Assembly: GCA_018818785.1 (NCBI GenBank) | Contig: JAHIRF010000002.1 | Coordinates: 135,874-199,873 of the forward strand | Source of the DNA: Thermoplasmatota archaeon | GTDB lineage: Archaea > Thermoplasmatota > Thermoplasmata > UBA10834 | Length of the DNA stretch: 64,000 nucleotides | Direction: 5' to 3' | Position numbers and translations under genes: made by a program | Shown: one piece after another, positions 1 through 8,578 of the stretch | Position numbering within the stretch: position 1 is the stretch's first letter | How the letters are laid out: the number at the start of each line of letters is the position of its first letter | Notes under the pieces: model-generated | Seen by the model: the letters and a program-made list of their open reading frames with translations, nothing else | What the model was told of the DNA's origin: nothing | Database searches by the model: none

Positions 1-1
1 A

Positions 2-3000
2 AATGACCTTATCAGATCAGATCTCGTCGACAGGGGTGCCATGTTCCATGAAGGGCAGATCACGCACAGATACGGGCACTGCTGGCGATGTAAGAGGCCG
101 ATCATATACAGGATAACCGAGCAATGGTTCCTGAAGGTCACCGACATAAAGGCGCAGCTCGAAGCTGCCAACGACCAGATCAAGTGGTATCCCGACTGGG
201 CCGGCTCATCCAGGGAGAAGGACTGGATAGCCAATGCAAGGGACTGGTGCATCAGCAGGCAGAGGTACTGGGGGACACCCGTTCCCATCTGGAGATGCGC
301 ATGCGGCAACGTCAAGGTGATCTCATCGATTGAGGAGCTCAAGTCTGGCCGAGGATACGTGGACGGTATGGATGTGCATCGCCCATGGATCGATAATATC
401 ACATTCGATTGCGAGAAGTGCGGGCAGACGATGACCAGGACACCAGATGTTCTGGATGTCTGGTTCGACGCGGGAGTCTGTTCTTGGGCGTCCTTGGGAT
501 ACCCAGCGAGCAAGGATGACTTCGATAAATGGTGGCCAAGCGAGTGGGTCACCGAGGCTCACGATCAGACCCGAGGCTGGTTCTACTCTCAGCTAGTGAC
601 GGGAGTTGTTGCATTCGGCAGATCACCATACAATTCCGTTCTCATGCACGGATGGGCACTTACGCCCCAGGGAGAGGCCATGTCTAAGAGCGAAGGCACG
701 GCAATAGACCCAATAGGTGCGGTGAACACACTTGGCGCCGACGCGCTGAGACTATATCTCCTGAAGGCCAACGCCCCTTGGGAGGACATTCTCTTCCAGA
801 CTGAGGGCGTCAAGGCGGCTAACAGGATCATAAACATCTTCTGGAACGTCTACAAATTCGCAGTCCTGTACATGTCGATAGATAAATTCGACGAATCACA
901 ATGGCGGACCCAATCTCTCAGAGAGACCTTCAGGCCAGAGGATCGATGGATGCTCTCCCGCATCGAGACGATGAAGAGGGACTTCACGCAGGCAATGGAG
1001 ATATATGAGGTGCATCGAGCGGCGAGGATACTCGAGGACTTCATAGTGACGGATCTCTCGCGATGGTACGTCAAGGTAGTGAGGGATAGACTCTGGAAGG
1101 AGGGGGATGACAGGGACAAGACCGCTGCGTTCAAAGTGCTGCACGAGGCGCTGTCAACATCTGCGACCATGCTCGCTCCAATAGCACCTCATGTTTGCGA
1201 AGCAATCTACACCAACCTCAACTCAAGGCCTGAGAGCGTGCACATGGTTCAATGGCCGACTCATGATCCAAGTTGGATCGATGAGGGTCTGGAAGAGGGC
1301 ATGGACCTCGTAAGGGAGATATCCGAGGTGATCGCCCGCATGCGCCAGGAGGCGAATGTGAACCTCCGATGGCCCTTGAAGCGCATCATCATCAAACCGC
1401 AGAATGATGATGTCGCTGATGCGCTGATACAGCTCAAGAATGTCATCCTGTCCCAGAACAACATCAAGGATATGCATGTCGTGCCGGTAGGTGAGGAATG
1501 GGACGAGATGGTCCTGAGCGTGGTTCCGAACCCCAACGCCATAGGGAAGGTCTATCGCCAGTGGTCGAGCAAGATCGCGGTTCTTCTCAAGAACAGGCCT
1601 GCGAAGTCGATCAAGGCCGGTATCGACAAGGGCGAGTACTCACTCGGTATCGAGGGCCAACTCGTCAAGATCCTTCCGAACATGGTGTCCTTCACTTCGA
1701 CGCTCCCACCAGATGTGGTCAGTGACGAGTTCTCCAAGGGTCTGTTCTATGTCGACCTCGAGGAGACCCCCGCGCTCGAAGCGGAGGGATTCGCGAGAGA
1801 GACCATCAGACGGATACAGCAGATGAGAAAGGACATGGGCCTCAACGTAGAGGAATTCATAAAGATAGAGATAGAGTGTTCGCGCAAGATCGAGAACGCC
1901 ATAGAGACCTGGAAGGACCATATCTCAAGGGAGACCAGGGCCAAACGGCTCGAGGTCGCCAATTCTCCAAGAGGGGAATACATCGTCGAGTGGAATGTCT
2001 CGAATGAACAACTCCTGATAGGCATAACCTCACTTAAGATGAAGAAGGCATTGGACGAGCTCGGAGCGATTCCTGGCATGACCGCCGAAAAGGCGCTCAA
2101 GATATTCGACCATGGCTACACTACGGTTGACGCCCTCAAGAACGCATCGATCGAAGACATAGCCTCGATCGATGGCATCACGAACGTCGATGGTAAGAAG
2201 ATCCATGACCATCTAAATGGGGTCGTCCACACAGAACCAGCTCCTGCAGCACCGCCAGCCCCGAGTGTCGCGCAGGCTACTACGGACGTAGCAGCTGCCC
2301 CTCCCCCGAACGAATTCATCGAGCGATTGAAAGCCGTTCCCGGCATGACAGCATCGCTGGCGGACGGATTGTACAGGGCAGGTTTCGTGTCCGAGGAATC
2401 CATCAGGAACGCTTCTGTGGACGATATGATGAAGGTGGACGGAATAAGTCTCGATGTCGCAACCCAGTTATTGGACGCATCCATGAACCCTTCCGTTTCT
2501 GACGGAGCGGCTCAAGTAGCACCCAAGAAGATAGAGCCAGGCGTGAGCGATCTCGAAAGGTCGTTTTCATACCTTGTCGAAGAGGACAGGCCCGAGACAT
2601 CGTACAGTCTGTTCGTAAGCGCGCTCAATAAGGGCATGAAGGGATATTGTGTCACGAGGAATTATCCCGCGAAGATACGCACCAAATTCGACCTCAAGGA
2701 TACGCCATTGGTTTGGCTCTCTAATGTAGGTCGCGAGAACGCCATCAGACCGAAGGACCTCGAGAAGCTGAGCGTCTCCCTGGAACAATTCCTCTCGCAA
2801 CCGGGCGGGGGAATCGTGCTCCTGGATGGTCTGGAGTATCTGATCACCAATAACAATTTCATAACCGTGTTGAGGCTGATACAATCCCTGAGGGATCAGG
2901 TCGCGATCAATCAATCCATACTCCTCATGGCTGTGAACAAGTCGACACTTGAGAGCCATCAGCTCAATCTGCTGGAGCGAGAGGTGGACTACACCATAAC

Positions 3001-3007
3001 TGGATGA
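2..3007 (+). CDS. ileS: Isoleucyl-tRNA synthetase (5' part outside window) with C-terminal helix-hairpin-helix repeats and DUF835 (inactive KaiC-like) domain
   Basis: Class I motifs HCWRC, DWCISRQRYWGTP, DVWFD, DQTRGWFYS, AMSKS; frame is open from position 2; ~320 aa extra tail with two IPGM/VPGM HhH-like segments and YLVEE..CVTR..VWLS..LLDGLEYL DUF835-type sequence. Confidence 0.93.
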   Translation, partial: NDLIRSDLVDRGAMFHEGQITHRYGHCWRCKRPIIYRITEQWFLKVTDIKAQLEAANDQIKWYPDWAGSSREKDWIANARDWCISRQRYWGTPVPIWRCACGNVKVISSIEELKSGRGYVDGMDVHRPWIDNITFDCEKCGQTMTRTPDVLDVWFDAGVCSWASLGYPASKDDFDKWWPSEWVTEAHDQTRGWFYSQLVTGVVAFGRSPYNSVLMHGWALTPQGEAMSKSEGTAIDPIGAVNTLGADALRLYLLKANAPWEDILFQTEGVKAANRIINIFWNVYKFAVLYMSIDKFDESQWRTQSLRETFRPEDRWMLSRIETMKRDFTQAMEIYEVHRAARILEDFIVTDLSRWYVKVVRDRLWKEGDDRDKTAAFKVLHEALSTSATMLAPIAPHVCEAIYTNLNSRPESVHMVQWPTHDPSWIDEGLEEGMDLVREISEVIARMRQEANVNLRWPLKRIIIKPQNDDVADALIQLKNVILSQNNIKDMHVVPVGEEWDEMVLSVVPNPNAIGKVYRQWSSKIAVLLKNRPAKSIKAGIDKGEYSLGIEGQLVKILPNMVSFTSTLPPDVVSDEFSKGLFYVDLEETPALEAEGFARETIRRIQQMRKDMGLNVEEFIKIEIECSRKIENAIETWKDHISRETRAKRLEVANSPRGEYIVEWNVSNEQLLIGITSLKMKKALDELGAIPGMTAEKALKIFDHGYTTVDALKNASIEDIASIDGITNVDGKKIHDHLNGVVHTEPAPAAPPAPSVAQATTDVAAAPPPNEFIERLKAVPGMTASLADGLYRAGFVSEESIRNASVDDMMKVDGISLDVATQLLDASMNPSVSDGAAQVAPKKIEPGVSDLERSFSYLVEEDRPETSYSLFVSALNKGMKGYCVTRNYPAKIRTKFDLKDTPLVWLSNVGRENAIRPKDLEKLSVSLEQFLSQPGGGIVLLDGLEYLITNNNFITVLRLIQSLRDQVAINQSILLMAVNKSTLESHQLNLLEREVDYTITG

Positions 3008-3013
3008 GCCTGC

Positions 3014-3793
3014 TCAGGACAGCAGTTTGCAGACGATCTTCTGCAATCCGGGGACTGTGGGGAATCTTCCGACATCCTCGGGAGATACCCATTCATATCC
3101 TTGGTGTTCCCAATCTATCGATACCTGTGGATCGCGCACATCGAACAGGAATGAGTGTACGGTCCACACGACGTCGCCGTCTCTGAAGCTCTGAGGGTCG
3201 ATCGAGCGTGCCATGCGGGCGTTCTTCAAACTGACTTCCTCTTCGAGTTCACGTTTTGCGGCAACCTTCGGAGCCTCTCCCGGCTCTATGAACCCAGAAA
3301 CTCCGGCCCATAGTCCGCGATAGGAACCGACCTCGAGGCTCCTCTGCAACAGGAGTATCTTCCCTTTGTGCCTGAGAATGTTGGTGACGACCTGTTTCTC
3401 CTCCACATTCCTCAATTCGAGAGTCCCTGACTCTGCATCGACTATGGCCTTGTCCGATGTCCTCAAGAGGGATACGTCGATGCCATCTATCATCGGTATG
3501 CCCGCGATTATCGCACCCGTCGCCACAATAGGCTCCGCGATTGTATTGACTATAGCAGCTGGAGACGCATTCAGGATCTTGAGCTGATACATAGAATAGG
3601 AGCCGACCGTGCTGCCTTTACCATATGGGAATGCCAGGACGGTCTTCGAGACGCTCTTGCCCCTGCACTCGCATTCTGGATCGAGGATCCGGCCAGTCTT
3701 GGGGTCCACTCCTCCCAGGAATGAGAGTGGGATGCTGCTGGCCAGTACGGCGCCCTTTGCCATGCCGGCTCTGATGCACCTTCCCTTTATTAT
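3014..3793 (-). CDS. Aconitase X swiveling (DUF126, phosphomevalonate dehydratase small subunit-like) domain fused to Nudix hydrolase
   Basis: SFLGGVDPKTG..GKGSTVGSY (DUF126) followed by Nudix box GFIEPGEAPKVAAKRELEEEVSL; start inferred at ATA 3793 (ORF track extends to 3943). Confidence 0.85.
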   Translation of the reverse strand: MIKGRCIRAGMAKGAVLASSIPLSFLGGVDPKTGRILDPECECRGKSVSKTVLAFPYGKGSTVGSYSMYQLKILNASPAAIVNTIAEPIVATGAIIAGIPMIDGIDVSLLRTSDKAIVDAESGTLELRNVEEKQVVTNILRHKGKILLLQRSLEVGSYRGLWAGVSGFIEPGEAPKVAAKRELEEEVSLKNARMARSIDPQSFRDGDVVWTVHSFLFDVRDPQVSIDWEHQGYEWVSPEDVGRFPTVPGLQKIVCKLLS

Positions 3794-4959
3794 CGTGATA
3801 TCGCCTCCAGGAGTTGGTCCGTGGTTCTGAATGTCGCCCTCTGTTTCCCAAGGGTCGGCAGATATACCATGGCCTTGCCTGAGTCTGAGGCCGTCCTCTT
3901 GAACATCTTCTCGATCGGCGCGACCACCATGCATGTATCGCATAGCACTTTGCCGAACCGCTTCAAGGTCTTGACTGCGTCAGGTGCGTTGGCATATGCT
4001 TTGCGCGAAGTGCAGAACCAGACGTTGCAGTCCTTTCGAGGGCGCTTTCCGTCCAGAGTACGAGCCATCCTGCGCAACTCCTGAGTGGAACAGTGGGGGC
4101 ATCCTATCGCCACCAGGTCCCATGAATCATCGCCAGAGAGAGAATCCTGGCATTCCTTCAATTCGGATTCAGGAAGCGAAACACATTCCTCTATCCTGCT
4201 TGTATCAATCTTCGATCTGACACCTGGTCTTCCGTAGAGATACATCGATACTGCACTCGTAGCGGCCATTGCGGCACCGAAGGATTTGTGTTCATCATTC
4301 GTCAAAGTAAGGTTAGTGATGTAGGGTATCCTGTTGCCAGCTATCCTGCCGACGACATAACCCAGCAACGGCACAGAGCCTTGAGGTATCGATTCCACAT
4401 CTATCTGCACGCTGGGAAGTCTGTTCTCGATGAGATGCAGCCCGTACTCGGCTGTCTTGCCGATGACGGCAGCTGCCAATGCAGAAGGCCCACCCTCTCT
4501 GTTGGTCAACGCCCCTAATACGGAGTTCGCGAATACCGTAGCGGACGACTCTGCCCACGCGATATGTTGTCCGGCCCGGGGTCGATTGCCTGCCAAATAG
4601 GGCGTGCAACTGTATAATGGTTCAAGGCCCATCGAAGCATATGCTCTGACGATCCTCATCTGCTTCTCCTTGAATCTCTCGTCGATACCCATCGATCGCC
4701 ATCTCAACACATCCATGCCCAAAGGGTTGACGGAAGCCCTCACTGAAACATGTGCCTCTGACGAGAAATCCTCGATGAACTTTATTCCCGCATCCCCGAC
4801 CGTCTTGAATGACGCTCCCGAGACCTGGGCCGATGATATCGGGACGAGTCTCTTCGCGCCATAGATATCACCTAGAGCGACCAGAAGCTCTATCGCCTTC
4901 TGTCTCCCGAACCCTTCCTCGCCTTTCAGAATCCGCTCTTCCTTCGAAGTGAGATGCAT
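3790..4959 (-). CDS. Aconitase X catalytic subunit (DUF521; phosphomevalonate dehydratase large subunit-like)
   Basis: SCTPY, AWAESSA, NSVLGALTNREGGPSALAAA, IGCPHCS, CDTCMVVAP motifs; adjacent to DUF126 partner. Confidence 0.9.
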   Translation of the reverse strand: MHLTSKEERILKGEEGFGRQKAIELLVALGDIYGAKRLVPISSAQVSGASFKTVGDAGIKFIEDFSSEAHVSVRASVNPLGMDVLRWRSMGIDERFKEKQMRIVRAYASMGLEPLYSCTPYLAGNRPRAGQHIAWAESSATVFANSVLGALTNREGGPSALAAAVIGKTAEYGLHLIENRLPSVQIDVESIPQGSVPLLGYVVGRIAGNRIPYITNLTLTNDEHKSFGAAMAATSAVSMYLYGRPGVRSKIDTSRIEECVSLPESELKECQDSLSGDDSWDLVAIGCPHCSTQELRRMARTLDGKRPRKDCNVWFCTSRKAYANAPDAVKTLKRFGKVLCDTCMVVAPIEKMFKRTASDSGKAMVYLPTLGKQRATFRTTDQLLEAISR

Positions 4960-5006
4960 CGTCTAGAAAAAGGGCGCCCAGTATAATATTGTGATGGGAG
5001 TGGAGG

Positions 5007-5106
5007 CGGGCCTGTCGGGAATTTCGGACGCATATTATTGACGTCTTTCGAACCCGAGTTCGAGGCTCCGGAAGCCCCTGTGATATCCAAGCTACACTAC
5101 AGGCCC
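5007..5106 (-). tRNA. tRNA-Arg(CCG) with 26-nt intron in T-loop (59/60; intron 5021-5046)
   Basis: Minus strand: GGGCCTG acceptor/CAGGCCC-G, anticodon arm GGGGC-TTCCGGA-GCCTC, T arm TCGGG-TTCGAA[intron]T-CCCGA; intron ends form a canonical bulge-helix-bulge. Confidence 0.92.
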
Positions 5107-5189
5107 AGTCTGTCGAAAAGCAGAGTGCGTATATCTACCTTGGCAATGCCGGCGCTCCATGGTCGTCTCGTCAAATATGATGATCATGG

Positions 5190-6062
5190 CTACATGGAAA
5201 TGCCGATCAATGTCAAGCCGAAGACGACAGTCATGACTGCTACGGCCTGGACCCAGTTAATCTTCTCCTTGAGAATGGAAAGGGCCAATATCACAGTCAC
5301 TATGGGATATGCACTTGATATCGGCACCACCAACGATGCGTTGCCTCCCTCGAGCGCGTACGTGTACGCGAATGCGCCGACAACATTCAATGACAGGGCC
5401 ACAGCACCGAATGTCCAAGCCATTCGTGTCGGGTCTTCAGACCTCATAGGTGCAGGCCGGATCCTCCGAGCCCATGCGTAGATCAAGGGCGCGGTCAGAG
5501 ATGAAAGGACGTAGAACCCGAATAGGTTCCCTGGGCCAACGCGATCGACAGCTACCTTTGAGGACAGACTCCATACACCCCATGCAAAGAATGCAATTAT
5601 CGCGAATATCATCGATCGTTTGCTCAATGCGTTGACTGCTTTCTTGTCAGGCTCATACGATAGGGCAATCACCCCTGCCACTATGGCTGCTACCCCCATC
5701 ACCTGTGTGAAACTGAGATCTTCGGATAGGAGAAGCACCGCTCCCAAGACCGTGAGCGCAGGATATGCGGCGGATATCGTCCCGGCTATCGCCACCTGCC
5801 CATCCAATATAGACTCGAAATAGCATAGGAAACCGGATATTCCTATTATGCAGGAGCCTGCCGCGAGGAGGGCATCGTCGAGGGATATGGGAATGTCCTC
5901 ACGCCAGAGCAGGAACGCAATGGTATACATCACACCTTCGACCAGTGTGATCAGGAGTGCGACCCTGGCTACGCCTAGACGACCTGTGCTGTACTTGGCG
6001 AATATACCGCTAAGACCCCAGAATAGGGCAACAACCGCCGCTAGCAGGAACCAGCTCTCCAT
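5190..6062 (-). CDS. EamA/DMT family transporter
   Basis: Two repeated 5-TM halves with ISAAYPALT / ISSAYPIVT..ILKEK motifs. Confidence 0.88.
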   Translation of the reverse strand: MESWFLLAAVVALFWGLSGIFAKYSTGRLGVARVALLITLVEGVMYTIAFLLWREDIPISLDDALLAAGSCIIGISGFLCYFESILDGQVAIAGTISAAYPALTVLGAVLLLSEDLSFTQVMGVAAIVAGVIALSYEPDKKAVNALSKRSMIFAIIAFFAWGVWSLSSKVAVDRVGPGNLFGFYVLSSLTAPLIYAWARRIRPAPMRSEDPTRMAWTFGAVALSLNVVGAFAYTYALEGGNASLVVPISSAYPIVTVILALSILKEKINWVQAVAVMTVVFGLTLIGISM

Positions 6063-6198
6063 CGAAACCCAACCTATGAATCAATGCGTAGCTGGCGGTG
6101 AATCAACCATCTGCTAATCAAGCTTTCTGAGCATTGACGCAAAAGAGACGGACGGGTGAGCAAACCTAATAGCCATATGGCCATCATGCGGGTAGATA

Positions 6199-6588
6199 AT
6201 GACTCGTAGACGACCTTTCGGGGTGACGATCCTCGCAATAGCACAATTGGTCTCAGCGATCCAGTTCCTGTTCGTGGCCTTTGTCATATTGGCGATCTCA
6301 GATTCATCGACTGAGCACACGGGGATCCTTTTCGCGACTGGCCTCGTCTACTTGGCAATGAGCGTATTGTACTTCTTCATCACTGCAGGGTATCTCAAAG
6401 GACGCGAATCATCGAGACGATGGGGGAGGAGGGCTGCGATCTTCGCAATGATAATCGCAGTCGCTGTAATATCTCTGAATGGAGTGATCACAGATCCTCG
6501 AACTCCAGTGCTGACTCTAATCCTCAATCTCTTCATATTCATCTATCTGGGCCGAAAGAAGGTCCGATCTTACTTCAGGTATCGCTAG
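6199..6588 (+). CDS. Hypothetical 4-TM membrane protein
   Basis: RRPFGVTILAI start, four hydrophobic segments, YL..KKVRSYF end. Confidence 0.7.
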   Translation: MTRRRPFGVTILAIAQLVSAIQFLFVAFVILAISDSSTEHTGILFATGLVYLAMSVLYFFITAGYLKGRESSRRWGRRAAIFAMIIAVAVISLNGVITDPRTPVLTLILNLFIFIYLGRKKVRSYFRYR

Positions 6589-6668
6589 AACCGATTAGAA
6601 TCTATGCAGAAATATGAAAGGGATTTATGTTGGGTTTGATCAAAGGCGAATCGTTCCATCGATGGAAC

Positions 6669-6866
6669 TTACTTCGCCTTCTTGAACTCGGTGTATCCGC
6701 ACTTGCCGCAGGCGACTCGGTTCGGGTGCTCGGCCATGAAGACGCCTGGTCCGCACTTGGGACAGTGATTCCGCGTCCTCTTGATCTTGCCATCCTCGAC
6801 CTTGAAGAAATCCTTCTTCGCCGTCCTGATCTGCTTCGGCTTCGGTTTCTTGTCCTTTTCCGCCAT
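6669..6866 (-). CDS. rps27ae: 30S ribosomal protein S27ae
   Basis: CPKCGPGVFMAEH..CGKCGYTE zinc finger; follows S24e. Confidence 0.96.
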   Translation of the reverse strand: MAEKDKKPKPKQIRTAKKDFFKVEDGKIKRTRNHCPKCGPGVFMAEHPNRVACGKCGYTEFKKAK

Positions 6867-6879
6867 AGTCGCTACCTCC

Positions 6880-7227
6880 TCACTTCGCCTTCGGTGGTGC
6901 GCGTGCAGCCTTCTGCTTCTTCACGACTGCAACCTTTTCCTTGAGCTTGTTCCTTACGAGTATGTGCTCACGCTCGTACTTCATGACTGCGTCCTTGGTC
7001 TTGTACACCTTGGCATAGCCGACCGTCTCCATCCTGCCGAACTCGGAGGTCATGGAATCAATGACGATTCTCTCCTTCGGGGCCTTCAGAAGCGATGACA
7101 GTTTGTCCTTTACAGCATCTCTCTGGGGAGTTCCCTCCTTTGAGTGGGATGCCTTGAATGTGACCTCGATCCTCTCGAGCAGCTCGTTTTCCTTCTTGTC
7201 GACAATCTCGATCTCCATGGTCTTCAC
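6880..7227 (-). CDS. rps24e: 30S ribosomal protein S24e
   Basis: KKENELLERIEV, GTPQR, FG..GYAKVY. Confidence 0.95.
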   Translation of the reverse strand: MKTMEIEIVDKKENELLERIEVTFKASHSKEGTPQRDAVKDKLSSLLKAPKERIVIDSMTSEFGRMETVGYAKVYKTKDAVMKYEREHILVRNKLKEKVAVVKKQKAARAPPKAK

Positions 7228-7772
7228 CGTATCATGCGATTTATGGCCGCTGTCGCGAACGCCCGCGATTCGCCATTCACGTCTACTACTGCTAACCCCT
7301 TATTGGGTATTCCATATATGATTTGCGCTCCCTCAGGGGCGTATGCTATGGCCACAAGGGCTGCCAGATCCTCTTCGCCCTCCACCTTCACCTTGGTGCG
7401 TGCATCCGATCTCGCGGCGTCCCTCACAGCCCTCCACATTCCGGGAGTTATCTTCCCGGCAGGATTCACGACTGTCACCAATGTCCCGGACATTGTCTCT
7501 ATGCGATTCCTCGAACCGCAATCTATGGACCGTTGCGTTTTGTAATCGAACACCGCCAGATCGGGTTCGATGCCCAAGTCCAGAAGTGTCGTCGTTACGA
7601 CATCACCAACGGTTATGACGCGCCTTGCGCCCTTGATTCGCTCATTCAAGTCGGTGACTCCGACCAACTCACCGAAGGGTCTCGCGAGCTCTTCTCGCAT
7701 ATCATCTGGAAGGACAAGGTCATCTGCTGGGAACGATTCATCGAACCCGCAGGGCGAACTTGCCGTTGACAC
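7224..7772 (-). CDS. GTP-dependent dephospho-CoA kinase (DUF359)
   Basis: TVGDVVT, DYKTQR, NPAGKIT, GEEDLAAL, YGIPNKG; conserved position after spt4; start uncertain. Confidence 0.88.
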   Translation of the reverse strand: MSTASSPCGFDESFPADDLVLPDDMREELARPFGELVGVTDLNERIKGARRVITVGDVVTTTLLDLGIEPDLAVFDYKTQRSIDCGSRNRIETMSGTLVTVVNPAGKITPGMWRAVRDAARSDARTKVKVEGEEDLAALVAIAYAPEGAQIIYGIPNKGLAVVDVNGESRAFATAAINRMIR

Positions 7773-7923
7773 TTAAGCCCATCCTCCTGGCGATCTCGGA
7801 CTTGCTGTGGTCAATGATTACCACGTAACCCTGCCACTCCTTGGAGGTATCGGCACCGCAGAGAGGGCATTTATCGGCTTCGGTGATCGCGCTGCACTTC
7901 TTGCAGGCCCTCTCAATCTTCAT
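7738..7923 (-). CDS. spt4: Transcription elongation factor Spt4 (RpoE'')
   Basis: RACKKC..CPLCG..WQGYVVIID..SEIA..GKFALRVR. Confidence 0.95.
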   Translation of the reverse strand: MKIERACKKCSAITEADKCPLCGADTSKEWQGYVVIIDHSKSEIARRMGLSVNGKFALRVR

Positions 7924-8483
7924 TTCTTGTCCTCCTTCTTCATCCGTTCTTCCTGGATCCATTCGATCTTCCCAAGGCCAGGTTGACGCATCGTCAGTCC
8001 AATCTTGCTCTCCCTCGGGTTCCTCTCGTTGATGCTCAATGACACTATCCTTGCTCTTACGCTGTCGCCAATGCGCAGCTCACGCTTGGTATCCTTGCCG
8101 AGCAAGCGTCTGCCGTCCACATCGACATCGATCCGATCGTCCATGATCTGACTGATGTGGAGAAGTCCATCAAGCGGGCCGAATCTGACGAACGCGCCGA
8201 ACTTCATCACCTCACATACAGTACCTTCAACTATCTCATGCAAGGTGGGTCGGAACATCAGAGTCTCAAACTGGACCTTCTGATATATCGCTCCGTCTCC
8301 ATGGATTATCCTACCATCACCCTGAGGTTCGATGTTCCTGACGAGCACGGTGTAGCTGCCATCACCCTCGACCTTGTTCTGGAAGGATTCTTGGGTCAGG
8401 CGCTCGGCAAGCTTATGGAAATCCTCTCCCAGCAAGTTCGGAGGGACCCTGACGACGTCCTCTTTTGATGCTATTACGTACAT
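7920..8483 (-). CDS. rpoE1: DNA-directed RNA polymerase subunit E' (Rpo7)
   Basis: GDGAIY, FGAFVRFGPLDGLLHISQIMDD, KIGLTMRQPGLGK. Confidence 0.96.
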   Translation of the reverse strand: MYVIASKEDVVRVPPNLLGEDFHKLAERLTQESFQNKVEGDGSYTVLVRNIEPQGDGRIIHGDGAIYQKVQFETLMFRPTLHEIVEGTVCEVMKFGAFVRFGPLDGLLHISQIMDDRIDVDVDGRRLLGKDTKRELRIGDSVRARIVSLSINERNPRESKIGLTMRQPGLGKIEWIQEERMKKEDKK

Positions 8484-8548
8484 TTAGACAGTCCTCTAAT
8501 GCAACGGATCGCAGGTTTCTCGATTACGCTTTATATATATATGGTTTG

Positions 8549-8570
8549 CCGAGGGGATTGACCCCCTCGG
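8549..8570 (-). terminator. Hairpin downstream of hppA, probable terminator
   Basis: CCGAGGGG-attgac-CCCCTCGG inverted repeat 9 bp after the hppA stop. Confidence 0.5.
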
Positions 8571-8578
8571 GTCTGAGT

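Noticed and set aside
5038-5481. 147-aa ORF, and similar ORFs across tRNA-Ala (20197-20562) and tRNA-Leu (63262-63444)
   Set aside because: Spurious frames running through tRNA genes on the opposite strand.
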